Origin: a virus
Lineage: Duplodnaviria; Heunggongvirae; Uroviricota; Caudoviricetes
Length of the DNA: 64,000 bases
Virus record (IMG/VR): IMGVR_UViG_2518285548_000002
Coordinates: 1-64,000 of that record
Reading direction: 5' to 3' (one strand)
Shown here in pieces: positions 19,267-28,970 of the stretch. The position numbers and the translations under genes were made by a program. Below the pieces are notes generated by a model. That model was not told the DNA's origin, ran no database searches, and worked only from the letters and a program-made list of their open reading frames with translations. How positions within the stretch are numbered: the stretch's first letter is position 1; every line of letters begins with the position of its first letter.

Positions 19267-19852
19267 TTCAGTTCCTCTCCCTCCTGTACCGCCTTGACTA
19301 GGTAGCGTTCGTCATTCTGAATCCAGTGACTCCGATCGTTTTCATCAGGGGTTTCCACATCGACTACATCATCAAACCAATCTTTAAATTTCACACCAAT
19401 CACCTCGGTGAATTAGTAGTGCTCGTAGGCACTCCATGGGGATACCTAACCAGAAGGTTAGATACCCTAGCAGTGTCTAAGATGAGTCACTTGGGCGATA
19501 GTTGACCATAGATATATAGATTCCTGAATGCTAGTCTTCGGGATAGCCTACTAATTGCCACGATCTGCTGAGTCCTTGTGAGCATATTAGGCACCCTTCC
19601 TTTCCTGTTCAGCTATAAGTTGTCTGAGATATTCGATGAGTCCGCCGACTTTGCCAAAGTAAGCCACTATCAATTTAGTCACGCTGATTCCTCCTTGAAT
19701 TTGACACATCTATGCCAACCAGAAACCCAGGATATAAGCACACTCCGTTTAGGTACTAGCAGTACTCATGGGTATGCTTTTTCCTGCACCACCGTACCCC
19801 AAATCGGGGTGGGGCGGGGGGTAGGGCTAGGCATGGTCAGGCACTCAACTCA

Positions 19853-19881
19853 GCTATACGATACAGATATATAAGAGTTAA
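19853..19881 (-). promoter_or_regulatory. promoter-like motif P5 (TTAACT-N17-TATAGC), candidate start of long minus-strand operon
   Basis: rc 19853-19858 TATAGC, rc 19876-19881 TTAACT, 17-nt spacer. Confidence 0.45.
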
Positions 19882-20512
19882 GAGCTTGAACATACCTAGC
19901 CGTGGGTATGGGTAGCCTTCTTGGGCACTCAGGTATACCAATAGGGTAGAGAGTGGGCACCTCAAGCTATCTCCACCACAGCTAGATGGGTAAAGTATGG
20001 TTGACCGTATCATGTGACTACTCACACTGCACTCGGGATTAAAGGGCATGTCTATATAAGCCTGAGCGGTATCCCGTGGGGATGGCTAGGCACACTCATA
20101 CCAAAAGTGGGGCGGGCGGGGGCAGAGTATCCTGTTGGATGCTTACACTCCTATATAAGAGACACCCATCATATAAGAGCATGACACTAGAGAAGGAAGC
20201 TATAAGAGAGACTGCCGAGGTATCGGTCACCATCATGGATAGACTTCACCCGTGACTCGTACTTGCCTATGCAGTCTCATACCCGCTACATATTAGCCTT
20301 CTAGGTACACTCCTAGACGTACCCTTGTGGGTACAGAAGTACTAGGCTTCGCTTTCTCTGCTCAAGCTCTCGGTTGGTGCGTGGTGTGTGAAGTGGTAAT
20401 AACTTAGACCCAAATTGCGGCTGTTGAACTGACTTCTTTATATAGGAATAGCGGCTCATTGGATTATTGGCTAATTCCACAACATCACATAATACGGATT
20501 ATGTGCAATAGG

Positions 20513-20575
20513 CTCCTAGGTCTGCCACTCATGGGCTAGTCAGGACTACCCAAGCATAGGCATGGGTAGGTCTTG
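20513..20575. repeat. left arm of ~40-bp inverted repeat flanking gene 20579..20977
   Basis: AGGTCTGCCACTCATGGGCTAGTCAGGACTACCCAAG; its rc matches 20993-21055. Confidence 0.6.
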
Positions 20576-20578
20576 ATA

Positions 20579-20977
20579 TTAGTTAGTGCCTTGCATCGCT
20601 TTGAACTGCTTGAATGCTTGGAACTCAGCCCAAAGTTTAGCATCTTCCTCGCTCATGGTAGGTACACTGGTAGCAGGTGTAGCAAGTTCTTGTACTGGTG
20701 AAACATACTCGTCAATAGGGATATAGGCGTTCAGGTTCAAGACTACATTCTGAAAGCCTTCCTTTTTCAAGCGAATACCGCCTAAAGTAGATGCTACGCG
20801 GGCAGACTTCTCGCTTTGTGTGAGAACTTCCTTATCAATCACGTTCAAATCAACCTCAATAATGAGCTTGTTTTTGTCGTTCACGCTTATTTTCATGTTC
20901 TCAGGTGCCTTCTTTGATTGCGCTCGTTTAGCCGCTTCCTTCTCGAATTTAGGCATAGTGATAGCTTTGTTTATCAT
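20579..20977 (-). CDS. hypothetical protein, single-repeat paralog of 18456..18989
   Basis: Shares IIEVDL...GFQNVVLNLNAY motif. Confidence 0.55.
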   Translation of the reverse strand: MINKAITMPKFEKEAAKRAQSKKAPENMKISVNDKNKLIIEVDLNVIDKEVLTQSEKSARVASTLGGIRLKKEGFQNVVLNLNAYIPIDEYVSPVQELATPATSVPTMSEEDAKLWAEFQAFKQFKAMQGTN

Positions 20978-20992
20978 GGATAATCAGTCTCC

Positions 20993-21055
20993 TTTGGTGT
21001 GGTTTGACTACCTTTGGTAGTCCTGATTAGCCCATGAATGAACAGACCTCTAGCA
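20993..21055. repeat. right arm of inverted repeat
   Basis: GGTAGTCCTGATTAGCCCATGAATGAACAGACCT. Confidence 0.6.
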
Positions 21056-21908
21056 TAGCAAGGCATCTGTAACCACCGAACCAGTCGGCTCTCGCACCTT
21101 GTACTATGCACGTCATAACGCAGACGTATTGCGTGATATCCTCGCCATGTTGGGCATGAACTGTAAAGCGTAGGCTGTTGCCATAGTTCAATCCGTCATG
21201 TCACACACATAAGTGTGGCAAGAGAAGTTGCGTATCCCATGCACATGTAGTGCATGTTTCGGGTATCGAGTTGTCAAAGGACGTGAGACACATTTCGTGC
21301 CTTGCCACATGTCTTGCATTCGAGTTGTTACTCGTTCGAGTCGTTCGTGGCGACCGATTCGACACCCATATCTAAGAACGCAATAGAGTCGGATTGCAAT
21401 ACCTCTTGAACAGGTTTTTTTATAAAAAATAAAATCAAACAGAAGTCAAAATCGTACTCCCCCCAGTGTCTTGGTTTTTTCAATGATTCCGAATCGGCGC
21501 ACGGAGTGTCATGATACATATGGGAAATTTTTAGTGAACCTTGATGCGCGATAGGTCTTTTCTAAAGGGGGTGTCTCGTGAGGTCTCGGATGGTGCGAAA
21601 GGGGAAAGGAAATTGTCTTGGAGAAATGTTTTGGGGCGAGGGTGGCGGGGTCTTTGGCAAGGGGGATTGGTAAGGTGTTGGGAGAGGGGAAGGGCAAATT
21701 GAAAGAGAGTCGTTCCTCTTATATAAGGAAAGCGACTCTCTTGGGGGAGCAGGGAATTTTTTGTGGAACCTTGGTGCGGTACGGTTCCGTGATTGTTACG
21801 ATGTTACCTTACTTTATATGTATTATACGTTTTTCCGCTACGCGGATTACTGTTATGTTCGGCAGGGCGCACTTCCCTAGCATAGGTACGAGCGTGATCA
21901 GACCGTTG

Positions 21909-22187
21909 CTATCTGTTTTGAGGTTCACCTTTGTCAAATACCTTGCTTACTACTCCTAGTGCGAACCCTAAGGCGGCGGCTACAAGCCAACCCTGCTTAC
22001 CGTTTTCTTCATCTATTAGATACTCCAAAGCTCCTAAGTAAGCAAGAGCCACACCGATCAGAATGCAAGATATGAAGCTAGTTGCAGGATACGAGTGGGT
22101 GAATGCCGCTATTAAAATGAATATAATGATTCCAATTGCGATTGTCATGTTACACCTACTTACTCGAATATTTAGATAGCTCGCCAT
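21909..22187 (-). CDS. small membrane protein (2-3 TM)
   Basis: Hydrophobic segments; overlaps end of SLH protein gene. Confidence 0.5.
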   Translation of the reverse strand: MASYLNIRVSRCNMTIAIGIIIFILIAAFTHSYPATSFISCILIGVALAYLGALEYLIDEENGKQGWLVAAALGFALGVVSKVFDKGEPQNR

Positions 22188-22953
22188 TATCCTTTAGGTG
22201 GTTGTACAGGCGATGTAATATGGTCACGGCTTCAGCCCTGGTGACCTGATCGGCGGCTTCAAATTCTCCATTATATGTTGTCATGATACCGTGCTGTTGA
22301 AGGGATGCCACTTTCGGGGCAACAACTTCCGTGTAATCGTCAAAGATTTTCATAGTACCATTGTCTAAGTAGTCAATTACGAAAGGGAATACAGTGTTGG
22401 TCATATCGACTCCATACATGTATCTGTTGTCATCGTAGTTATCGGAGACTACGATCTTGAAGTCTTGCATCTTGGAGACTCTCTTATACGCTTCGTCTAA
22501 AGAAATTGGACTGTAAACTTCAGGCAGAAGGTTCACGACCCCCATTCTTGTAAGTTCTTTATCAGGATCGAACACCTTACCTTCCTTTGTATAGTAAGAG
22601 AAGTTCCCAGTATCCATCATTGGTGCCATGTCGTAGATCGCAGTGTACGCCCAGTAATTCTTCGGGACATCAATGAATTTGTCCACAACTAGCTCCTGTG
22701 ATCTGTACTTGTCAAATAGCTTGTGAGTCATCGAGATAAACTCGGCTTTGGTGACTTTCTCATCAGGCTTGAATGTCCCGTCCGAGTATCCCGTGACTAC
22801 TCCTTTCTCGGTCATGAAGCTGATGGAACTGATCGCCCACGAGTGTTGGGTCTCACTCACATCTTTGAAATTGGAGGTCTGTGCGCTTGCGGCAGTGGAG
22901 CCGATAAGCAGTGATGAAGCTAGTGTTATCGCTAGTACAATCCTCTTCTTCAT
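22156..22953 (-). CDS. secreted SLH-domain protein
   Basis: Signal peptide MKKRIVLAITLASSLLIGSTAASA; SLH motifs (..GYSDGTFKPDEKVTKAEF.., ..ADQVTRAEAVTIL..). Confidence 0.7.
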   Translation of the reverse strand: MKKRIVLAITLASSLLIGSTAASAQTSNFKDVSETQHSWAISSISFMTEKGVVTGYSDGTFKPDEKVTKAEFISMTHKLFDKYRSQELVVDKFIDVPKNYWAYTAIYDMAPMMDTGNFSYYTKEGKVFDPDKELTRMGVVNLLPEVYSPISLDEAYKRVSKMQDFKIVVSDNYDDNRYMYGVDMTNTVFPFVIDYLDNGTMKIFDDYTEVVAPKVASLQQHGIMTTYNGEFEAADQVTRAEAVTILHRLYNHLKDNGELSKYSSK

Positions 22954-23237
22954 AGTTACTACCTGCCTTTCTTATGATGTTTCCCCATATTAGCATAGAA
23001 CGATTTGATTCGTATATACGAGACAATACACGATAATCCACCTATAGGAACCTATAGCATCGTCCACTGCTAGGAGCGTACTACAGACTTCCATCGTCCC
23101 CCTTAAAACACAAATTCCCTTCTCATCAGAATCTAAGATATTTATTACATAATTTAACTACTATTTACAAATATATACATTTAAGGTAATATGTTAAGAA
23201 ATATCACGTTTTATTAATTTTCTGGAAGGGGATTTGT

Positions 23238-24524
23238 ATGGACGAAATTTTAACTTCCACAACATTGGGGGAACTGATAAAGAAGAAAAGAGAGGATTTA
23301 GGTATTAGTTTGTCTGAGGTTTCCAGAAAAACTGGCATTAGCAAGGGAGGGATTTCCAAGATTGAAAATGGTGAAACAAAAGGACCAGAGCTGGCTACTT
23401 TAAAGCCAATTGCCGATGTTTTAGAAATCCCTTATGAGGAAATAATTGAATATTGCATCAGGGCAGAATATCGTTATGATGTCTACGATGATCTCTTGGA
23501 AGAAGCCATAGAAATTGCTAACCCTTCTTTGATTGATAAAGTGGCAATCAAATTCCTAGAAAATATTAAGCATGAAACAGATTCAGCGCTGGAGCATTTG
23601 GAACGATTTGCAGATTCCAGCACAAACAACGATACAAAGGTAACGCTCTATAACACAATTGTGAAGTACTCTAGACAGCATGGGCTACCACATTACATAG
23701 CTAAAGGGTTATATCAAAAATACTTAATTGAGAGACAAAATTTAAAACGTTTGGAAGAATCCTTTAGAGATGGTGAAGAAATCACTCACTATGTTGATTT
23801 TTTATCTGATAATGAAAAGATAACATATTACTTTAAAATGGCTTTACATGCTCATAATACTAAAAAATATAATGAGTGTATCGAGTATTGTGAAGCAGGT
23901 CTTAGACTAGATGTTTCAAGCAACGAGTTGAAGGCTAGAGCTTATTTATCTATGATAAATTCCTATGGTTTCCTGAAAAATTACGATATGGCAGAGTACC
24001 ATCTGGACTTTTTAGAAAAATACGGATTTGAGTTCGTTTCCGATTCATGTAAAATTACTAGAGCTATTATACAAGGGAAAAGGAAACATTTCAGTATAGC
24101 TATTCCAGCACTAAGAAAATGCTATGAAGTGGTACAAAGTGACTTGAAGATACATGTAATCAATGAATTATTAGATTTGTATCTTCAGGAGAGTGATTCT
24201 ACTTCGATTGAAGAAATTTTTAACCTTGAGCCAGAATTTCTACCTCAAAATCCAACAACTCCTTATAAAAAAATAGCTATCGGTAAATACTTCCAGTATA
24301 AAGGGAATTATTTGACCAAAAATTGCATATTTAATGAAGGAGCAAGATCATATTTACTAAGCTTAAAGACATTTGGAGCTGTTTATGCAATTCAAGAACT
24401 TGCAGAATGCATGACCGAATTTTTAGCTTTGTTTACAGCAAATTCTAAATCAATGGATTTGGAATATGTTGTAAGACTAAAAGAGGTGTATACTGATATT
24501 GCAAACAAAAAGGAGGGGTTATAA
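23238..24524 (+). CDS. RNPP-family regulator (N-terminal XRE HTH + TPR-like helical repeats; AimR/NprR/PlcR-like)
   Basis: HTH LGISLSEVSRKTGISKGGISKIENGET; long helical C-terminal region; coupled downstream peptide gene. Confidence 0.7.
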   Translation: MDEILTSTTLGELIKKKREDLGISLSEVSRKTGISKGGISKIENGETKGPELATLKPIADVLEIPYEEIIEYCIRAEYRYDVYDDLLEEAIEIANPSLIDKVAIKFLENIKHETDSALEHLERFADSSTNNDTKVTLYNTIVKYSRQHGLPHYIAKGLYQKYLIERQNLKRLEESFRDGEEITHYVDFLSDNEKITYYFKMALHAHNTKKYNECIEYCEAGLRLDVSSNELKARAYLSMINSYGFLKNYDMAEYHLDFLEKYGFEFVSDSCKITRAIIQGKRKHFSIAIPALRKCYEVVQSDLKIHVINELLDLYLQESDSTSIEEIFNLEPEFLPQNPTTPYKKIAIGKYFQYKGNYLTKNCIFNEGARSYLLSLKTFGAVYAIQELAECMTEFLALFTANSKSMDLEYVVRLKEVYTDIANKKEGL

Positions 24525-24525
24525 T

Positions 24526-24669
24526 TGAGAAAAGCATATGGAATGTTGATGTTGTCGTTAGCCTTAGTGATGACTCTAGGCATTACAGCAAATACTGAAA
24601 CTGCAAGTGCTAAAGAATTAAATTCTCCGCAAAAAGCTCAATCTTATTTTGTTGATCCTGGTCATTAAT
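24526..24669 (+). CDS. secreted signalling pro-peptide candidate (47 aa, TTG start)
   Basis: AAGGAGGGG RBS; signal-peptide-like MLMLSLALVMTLGITA; starts 2 nt after regulator stop. Confidence 0.5.
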
Positions 24670-24696
24670 TCAATTGTTTTATCCTCAAATAAAAAA

Positions 24697-24730
24697 GAGA
24701 GCGCTAAATAAATAGCGTTCTTTTTTTTTG
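24697..24730 (+). terminator. rho-independent terminator
   Basis: AGCGCTA-loop-TAGCGTT followed by T9. Confidence 0.55.
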
Positions 24731-24972
24731 TGAAAATTTTATTGCTCATCATAAATATAGTTAGAACGTTTCCTCGAAAAAAAAATAGGGGGATTCCCCT
24801 AAACGGATGGTAAAATAATCAATAACAGGAAAAAGGAGGGATTTAGTTAATTGGTATCAGTTAAACAACGGGGTGTCCCAACGGTCGCTAAACTAATTGG
24901 AACACCCCGCTTTGATCAACTAAAAACGTTGTTCAGAAAAATTATATCATCGAATTAAAGGAGGAAAAAGCA

Positions 24973-25158
24973 TTATTTCACTGTCTGAAAATGATTTATT
25001 AAAGTCTTTTGAAGACCTCCAGCAAAAATTAGTAGAACTATATCGTACAGAAGGTTCATTTTTAAGTCCAACAGTGTTGCAAATAAGTCAACAACTAGAC
25101 GAATATATTGTCGCAATTCAGAAGATGGCAAAAAATCTAAATGAATGTCGAGACTAGA
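24973..25158 (+). CDS. Spo0E-like small protein, apparent AUU start
   Basis: SQQLDEYI matches Spo0E family signature; no ATG/GTG/TTG in frame after upstream TGA; GGGAGG RBS 7 nt before ATT. Confidence 0.4.
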
Positions 25159-25249
25159 ATAGACTGTACGGAAGCCCTTGCGATATATGAATAGCCGTTT
25201 TTAGCTATTCGAAGTCCGACAGACCTTTAAATTAGGAGGAAATGCACGA

Positions 25250-25810
25250 ATGAGAAAAAAACTAAAGATTGCAATTGTTACTACTTTATCATGTGTATCT
25301 CTTTTTTCTGCTGTAGCATATGCTGATTACGGCAAGAAATATCTGTTTACGGGAGGGTTACGGGCTTCAGATGTTAAGAAAATCAAGTATGTAATAGCTG
25401 GCGGAAGTTCTTCCTATCAAAGAAATGTAATGAAAGCTGGAGTTGAGGCTTGGAACGGAATTTCATCAAAGGTTAAGCTAACTGAGGGTAACTCTGGTGC
25501 AAAAGTGAGTGTGATACTCACAAATGCTGATAATGATGATTTATATGGGATTATGATGCCATTTAGCAATGGAGCTAGAGATTATGATCTAGATGAAATT
25601 TGGGACAACATAGATGTTATTGGATATGACAATACTCTATCGAGAATTGGGCTTAGCGAACAAAGGGGCGTATTTACTCACGAGATGGGACATGCATTGA
25701 GTTTAGCACATAATAACTCAGACTCAGATTTGATTATGCACCCATATGCATTAAGTACAGATATTCAGACAGATGATGAGAAAAATCTGAAGTTGAAGTG
25801 GGGGAAATAG
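25250..25810 (+). CDS. secreted zinc metalloprotease (HExxHxxxxxH, matrixin/snapalysin-like)
   Basis: Signal peptide; THEMGHALSLAHNN. Confidence 0.7.
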   Translation: MRKKLKIAIVTTLSCVSLFSAVAYADYGKKYLFTGGLRASDVKKIKYVIAGGSSSYQRNVMKAGVEAWNGISSKVKLTEGNSGAKVSVILTNADNDDLYGIMMPFSNGARDYDLDEIWDNIDVIGYDNTLSRIGLSEQRGVFTHEMGHALSLAHNNSDSDLIMHPYALSTDIQTDDEKNLKLKWGK

Positions 25811-25813
25811 TTA

Positions 25814-26401
25814 ATGAGCATGAAAAAACTGGCAGGAACAATTGTTTGTTCGGTTGCATTGGTTGCTGGTGGCTTTTACTTTTTGACGCCATCTAAAATT
25901 ATGAAGGTCGAGGCTAAAGTAGTAGGTTACAAAAATGTCGAAGCGTTAGAAAGGGGAGCAGATTATATTGTAGTAGGACATCTTGAAAGGGACTTCTCAG
26001 AATATGAGCCAACCTTTAAATATACTTCAGAGGGAAGAGTTGGAGAATTCTATACAAAAACTGATATCATCATTGATAAAACCCTCAAAGGAGACGCTGA
26101 TACAAAGGTTATTCCTGTCCTTCAAGCCGCCGCCTATGTAGAAAGCTCTTTTAAATATCAAGCCGATTTAGAAACAATAGAGGGTTTTACACCTATGGAA
26201 AAAGGAAAAGAGTACCTTCTGTTCTTAAAAAAGGCTCATGACGGTGAAAACTATAGTTTGTTAGGTGTATACCAAGGCAAATTTGATATTGATGAGTCTG
26301 ATAAGGTACAAGGGTTAGCATCAGAGAATAGCCACTATCAAAATTTGAGAGATGAAGTAGTGGAAAAATATAAAGATATTTTCGAAAAGTCAGTTCCATA
26401 A
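25814..26401 (+). CDS. secreted/membrane-anchored hypothetical protein
   Basis: N-terminal hydrophobic anchor. Confidence 0.6.
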   Translation: MSMKKLAGTIVCSVALVAGGFYFLTPSKIMKVEAKVVGYKNVEALERGADYIVVGHLERDFSEYEPTFKYTSEGRVGEFYTKTDIIIDKTLKGDADTKVIPVLQAAAYVESSFKYQADLETIEGFTPMEKGKEYLLFLKKAHDGENYSLLGVYQGKFDIDESDKVQGLASENSHYQNLRDEVVEKYKDIFEKSVP

Positions 26402-26425
26402 AGTTGAGACTTAGGGGGAAGTAAT

Positions 26426-26626
26426 ATGCAAGCTTGGGCTGATTCCGACCCTATTGATTGTACACAGCTTCAAAGGGACAAGAAAAAGGTTCAGAGAGCA
26501 ATTGACTTTGAAAAGTCACTGGAAGGTAAGCGTCTTACAGGAGAAAGTCCCCAAAACAAAAATCAAACAGGAGTGCTTTTGTATGACAGCGCTAAAGAAA
26601 CTTGCAACCAGTCCAATACGGGCTGA
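26426..26626 (+). CDS. possible small ORF (66 aa) with strong RBS, overlaps start of next regulator
   Basis: GGGGGAAG RBS before ATG. Confidence 0.3.
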   Translation: MQAWADSDPIDCTQLQRDKKKVQRAIDFEKSLEGKRLTGESPQNKNQTGVLLYDSAKETCNQSNTG

Positions 26627-28016
26627 GATCGAACACCATCTCAAATCATATAACTACACGCTTAGTAAGCTCAGTGAATTGACCAATATCAATACTGGTC
26701 ATCTAAGTGGGTATTTGAAGGGACATAAGTATAGGAAACTAACACTTGACCAATTGAATGCAATTGGACAAGTGTTTGAAAAACCTGATGGGTGGTTATA
26801 CGATTTATACGTTGAGGAATACTTCTATAGAGTAAAAATTACTCTCAGACGAGCGAAATCATTTCTGGTGCAATGTGCAGAATTAGGGAGATATGATTGT
26901 ATTCAGTTGGTAATTCCTCTACTCTTGGAACACCCTGATAAAATTAAAATTTTTTTTGGTGTAGCAGAACAGTTGTTTTACAAAGGGAGACAGAAGGAGT
27001 CCATCTTTTTTTACCAATTAGTGGTCGATAACGAAAAAAATATGTTCAAAGAACCAATCATCATGAGTCACTACCGGCTATTTCAACTCTCAGAGAGCAC
27101 AAACACCGAGGCACTATGGAAGGCTGTTCTTATTTTTGAGCCTGTTCGGAGGGAACTGTCTATATATTGCCAATTGGATGCGCTTTTACGACTAGGAAAT
27201 CATTGTTGTACATTGCGTAGATGGAAAGAGGTAGAGAAATTTGCGGACGAACTTTTAGAACTTACTAATTTGGTTTACAAAGATGAGCTGTCTAAGAAAA
27301 AGAGGGGAAATGGTGACGGAATAGAACTGCTTAATCTTGAGAGTCATTTGGTCGCTTACTATGGTCAGGGCTATCTTTTAAAAGCAGTATCTTTAGAGAA
27401 ACAAGGGCTGTATGAAGAAGCCAAGGAATTTGTTTCTGGTTATGCTGATCTGAGCTGGTTTGAACTACTTGACGAGTCTGGACAGGCAGAGGTAGCTAAA
27501 TATAAGAAATTAGCGTTGCTTAACATGTGTAGGCTAGATCTCCTCATGGGAGATACAAGTATACTTCCTGACTTTGTGGAATTCCTTGAATATAACCCAA
27601 CAGAATTATTGTTTGGTTTTATAACAATCGTGGAATCAGCCAACAAGTATGGATTTTCAATAGACATCATACTAGACAAGTTCTCGAAGGAGATTAACTA
27701 TTTTGATAATTACCATGATTCAGCCAATGTAGATCGACATCTACAATTTAGGTATCAGTTAGCTGTTTACCATTTAAAAAATAAGCGCCCTAACAGTGGT
27801 ATCAAAGAAATATTAAGATGCATGACTTTATCTACTGTATTGAATGGCAGTAAAGATTTCATACGATGCGTAGCACTATTTGAAGCGCATAGATACCAAG
27901 CATCAGCTCATCAGGAAATAGAATACAAAAAAAAATTGGAGGAGGTGATGCGTGATGAAAGATTAATTGGACGCTCCCAACCCCTCAGTAAGGAACGTCC
28001 AACAGTAAAACATTGA
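26583..28016 (+). CDS. HTH-domain regulator with long helical (TPR-like) C-terminal region
   Basis: Start trimmed to MTALKK (AGGAGTG RBS); HTH LSKLSELTNINTGHLSGYLKG. Confidence 0.6.
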   Translation: MTALKKLATSPIRAEIEHHLKSYNYTLSKLSELTNINTGHLSGYLKGHKYRKLTLDQLNAIGQVFEKPDGWLYDLYVEEYFYRVKITLRRAKSFLVQCAELGRYDCIQLVIPLLLEHPDKIKIFFGVAEQLFYKGRQKESIFFYQLVVDNEKNMFKEPIIMSHYRLFQLSESTNTEALWKAVLIFEPVRRELSIYCQLDALLRLGNHCCTLRRWKEVEKFADELLELTNLVYKDELSKKKRGNGDGIELLNLESHLVAYYGQGYLLKAVSLEKQGLYEEAKEFVSGYADLSWFELLDESGQAEVAKYKKLALLNMCRLDLLMGDTSILPDFVEFLEYNPTELLFGFITIVESANKYGFSIDIILDKFSKEINYFDNYHDSANVDRHLQFRYQLAVYHLKNKRPNSGIKEILRCMTLSTVLNGSKDFIRCVALFEAHRYQASAHQEIEYKKKLEEVMRDERLIGRSQPLSKERPTVKH

Positions 28017-28276
28017 AGTATTGTAACTATCTTAGCACAAAATGATTGCGATTTACAAAAATTCACAAAACTTTTAAAAGAATTAGACACTAGTTGGTCG
28101 ATATGAATAGGCTGTACGGGAAACTTTACAAAGCCCAATAGGGGGAATAATTATAAAGCCGTGTTCCAGCTATTCTTTGAAGACGACTAAAATTCCCCAT
28201 TATAAACGCTGATCTTCACAAGATGATGAAGTAAATATTTGTAATTTTTTAATCAATTTGGTATATTATAGAAGGA

Positions 28277-28930
28277 GTGTTATGTATGAAAAAGGAAATA
28301 TTAACTGGAGTATTATCCGTAACCTTGTTATCAACGGGTATCATTCCAGCAGTAGCTTCAAATAACATTGACTCTAATCTGTCGATCGAACAAAAAAACC
28401 AATATGTTCAAGCGGAGATGGACAAAGAAGGACTCTCCTTGTTAGCAGGTTTAAAAGTTGACATGGGGCAATATGTCACCTTGGGTAAAGATAATTTACT
28501 ACATCTCGATCCTGAAGCTAAGGAACTGATTGGTGAGAAAGCGTATAGTATTTTCGAGCGTGGCGTTAAGACAATCAATGACGCTTTAAACAGCGGAGAA
28601 TATCAAATACAAAATAACAAATTAGTAAAAACAGACCTAGTACATCCTCAATTTGATCACGAAGAATTTTGGTGGGGAATATCACTGCAATACAATAATA
28701 GAGAAACAAAAGAACTTGCCGCTTTGTGTGAAGAATATTCTACTGATTGGTCATTAGCGTCAGCACTTACTGGCTTGGTTCCAGGTGGACAAAGTATAGG
28801 TATTGCTTCAGCAATTATGTCATGGGGAAACGCAAAATTTGCAAGAAAACTTACTAGCAAAAATAAGGGGAAAGGTGTAAACGTCGATATAGCTTGGGTA
28901 CCAGTAGTTATCTCGATCTATGGTAGGTAG
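28277..28930 (+). CDS. secreted hypothetical protein
   Basis: Signal peptide; strong promoter TTGTAA-N17-TATATT and RBS AGAAGGAG. Confidence 0.6.
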   Translation: MLCMKKEILTGVLSVTLLSTGIIPAVASNNIDSNLSIEQKNQYVQAEMDKEGLSLLAGLKVDMGQYVTLGKDNLLHLDPEAKELIGEKAYSIFERGVKTINDALNSGEYQIQNNKLVKTDLVHPQFDHEEFWWGISLQYNNRETKELAALCEEYSTDWSLASALTGLVPGGQSIGIASAIMSWGNAKFARKLTSKNKGKGVNVDIAWVPVVISIYGR

Positions 28931-28970
28931 TAATTACTTATAGAGATAGCTGGAAGGAGAGAGTTATACT

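Noticed and set aside
19578-20049. ORFs 19578-19874 (+) and 19837-20049 (-)
   Set aside because: Fall in the repeat-rich non-coding region; no RBS; GTG start of the first lies in repeats.
21328-21959. ORFs 21328-21519 (-), 21509-21697 (-), 21618-21959 (+)
   Set aside because: Mutually overlapping, low-complexity (G/P-rich) translations of the G-rich region; no RBS. Coding cannot be fully excluded.
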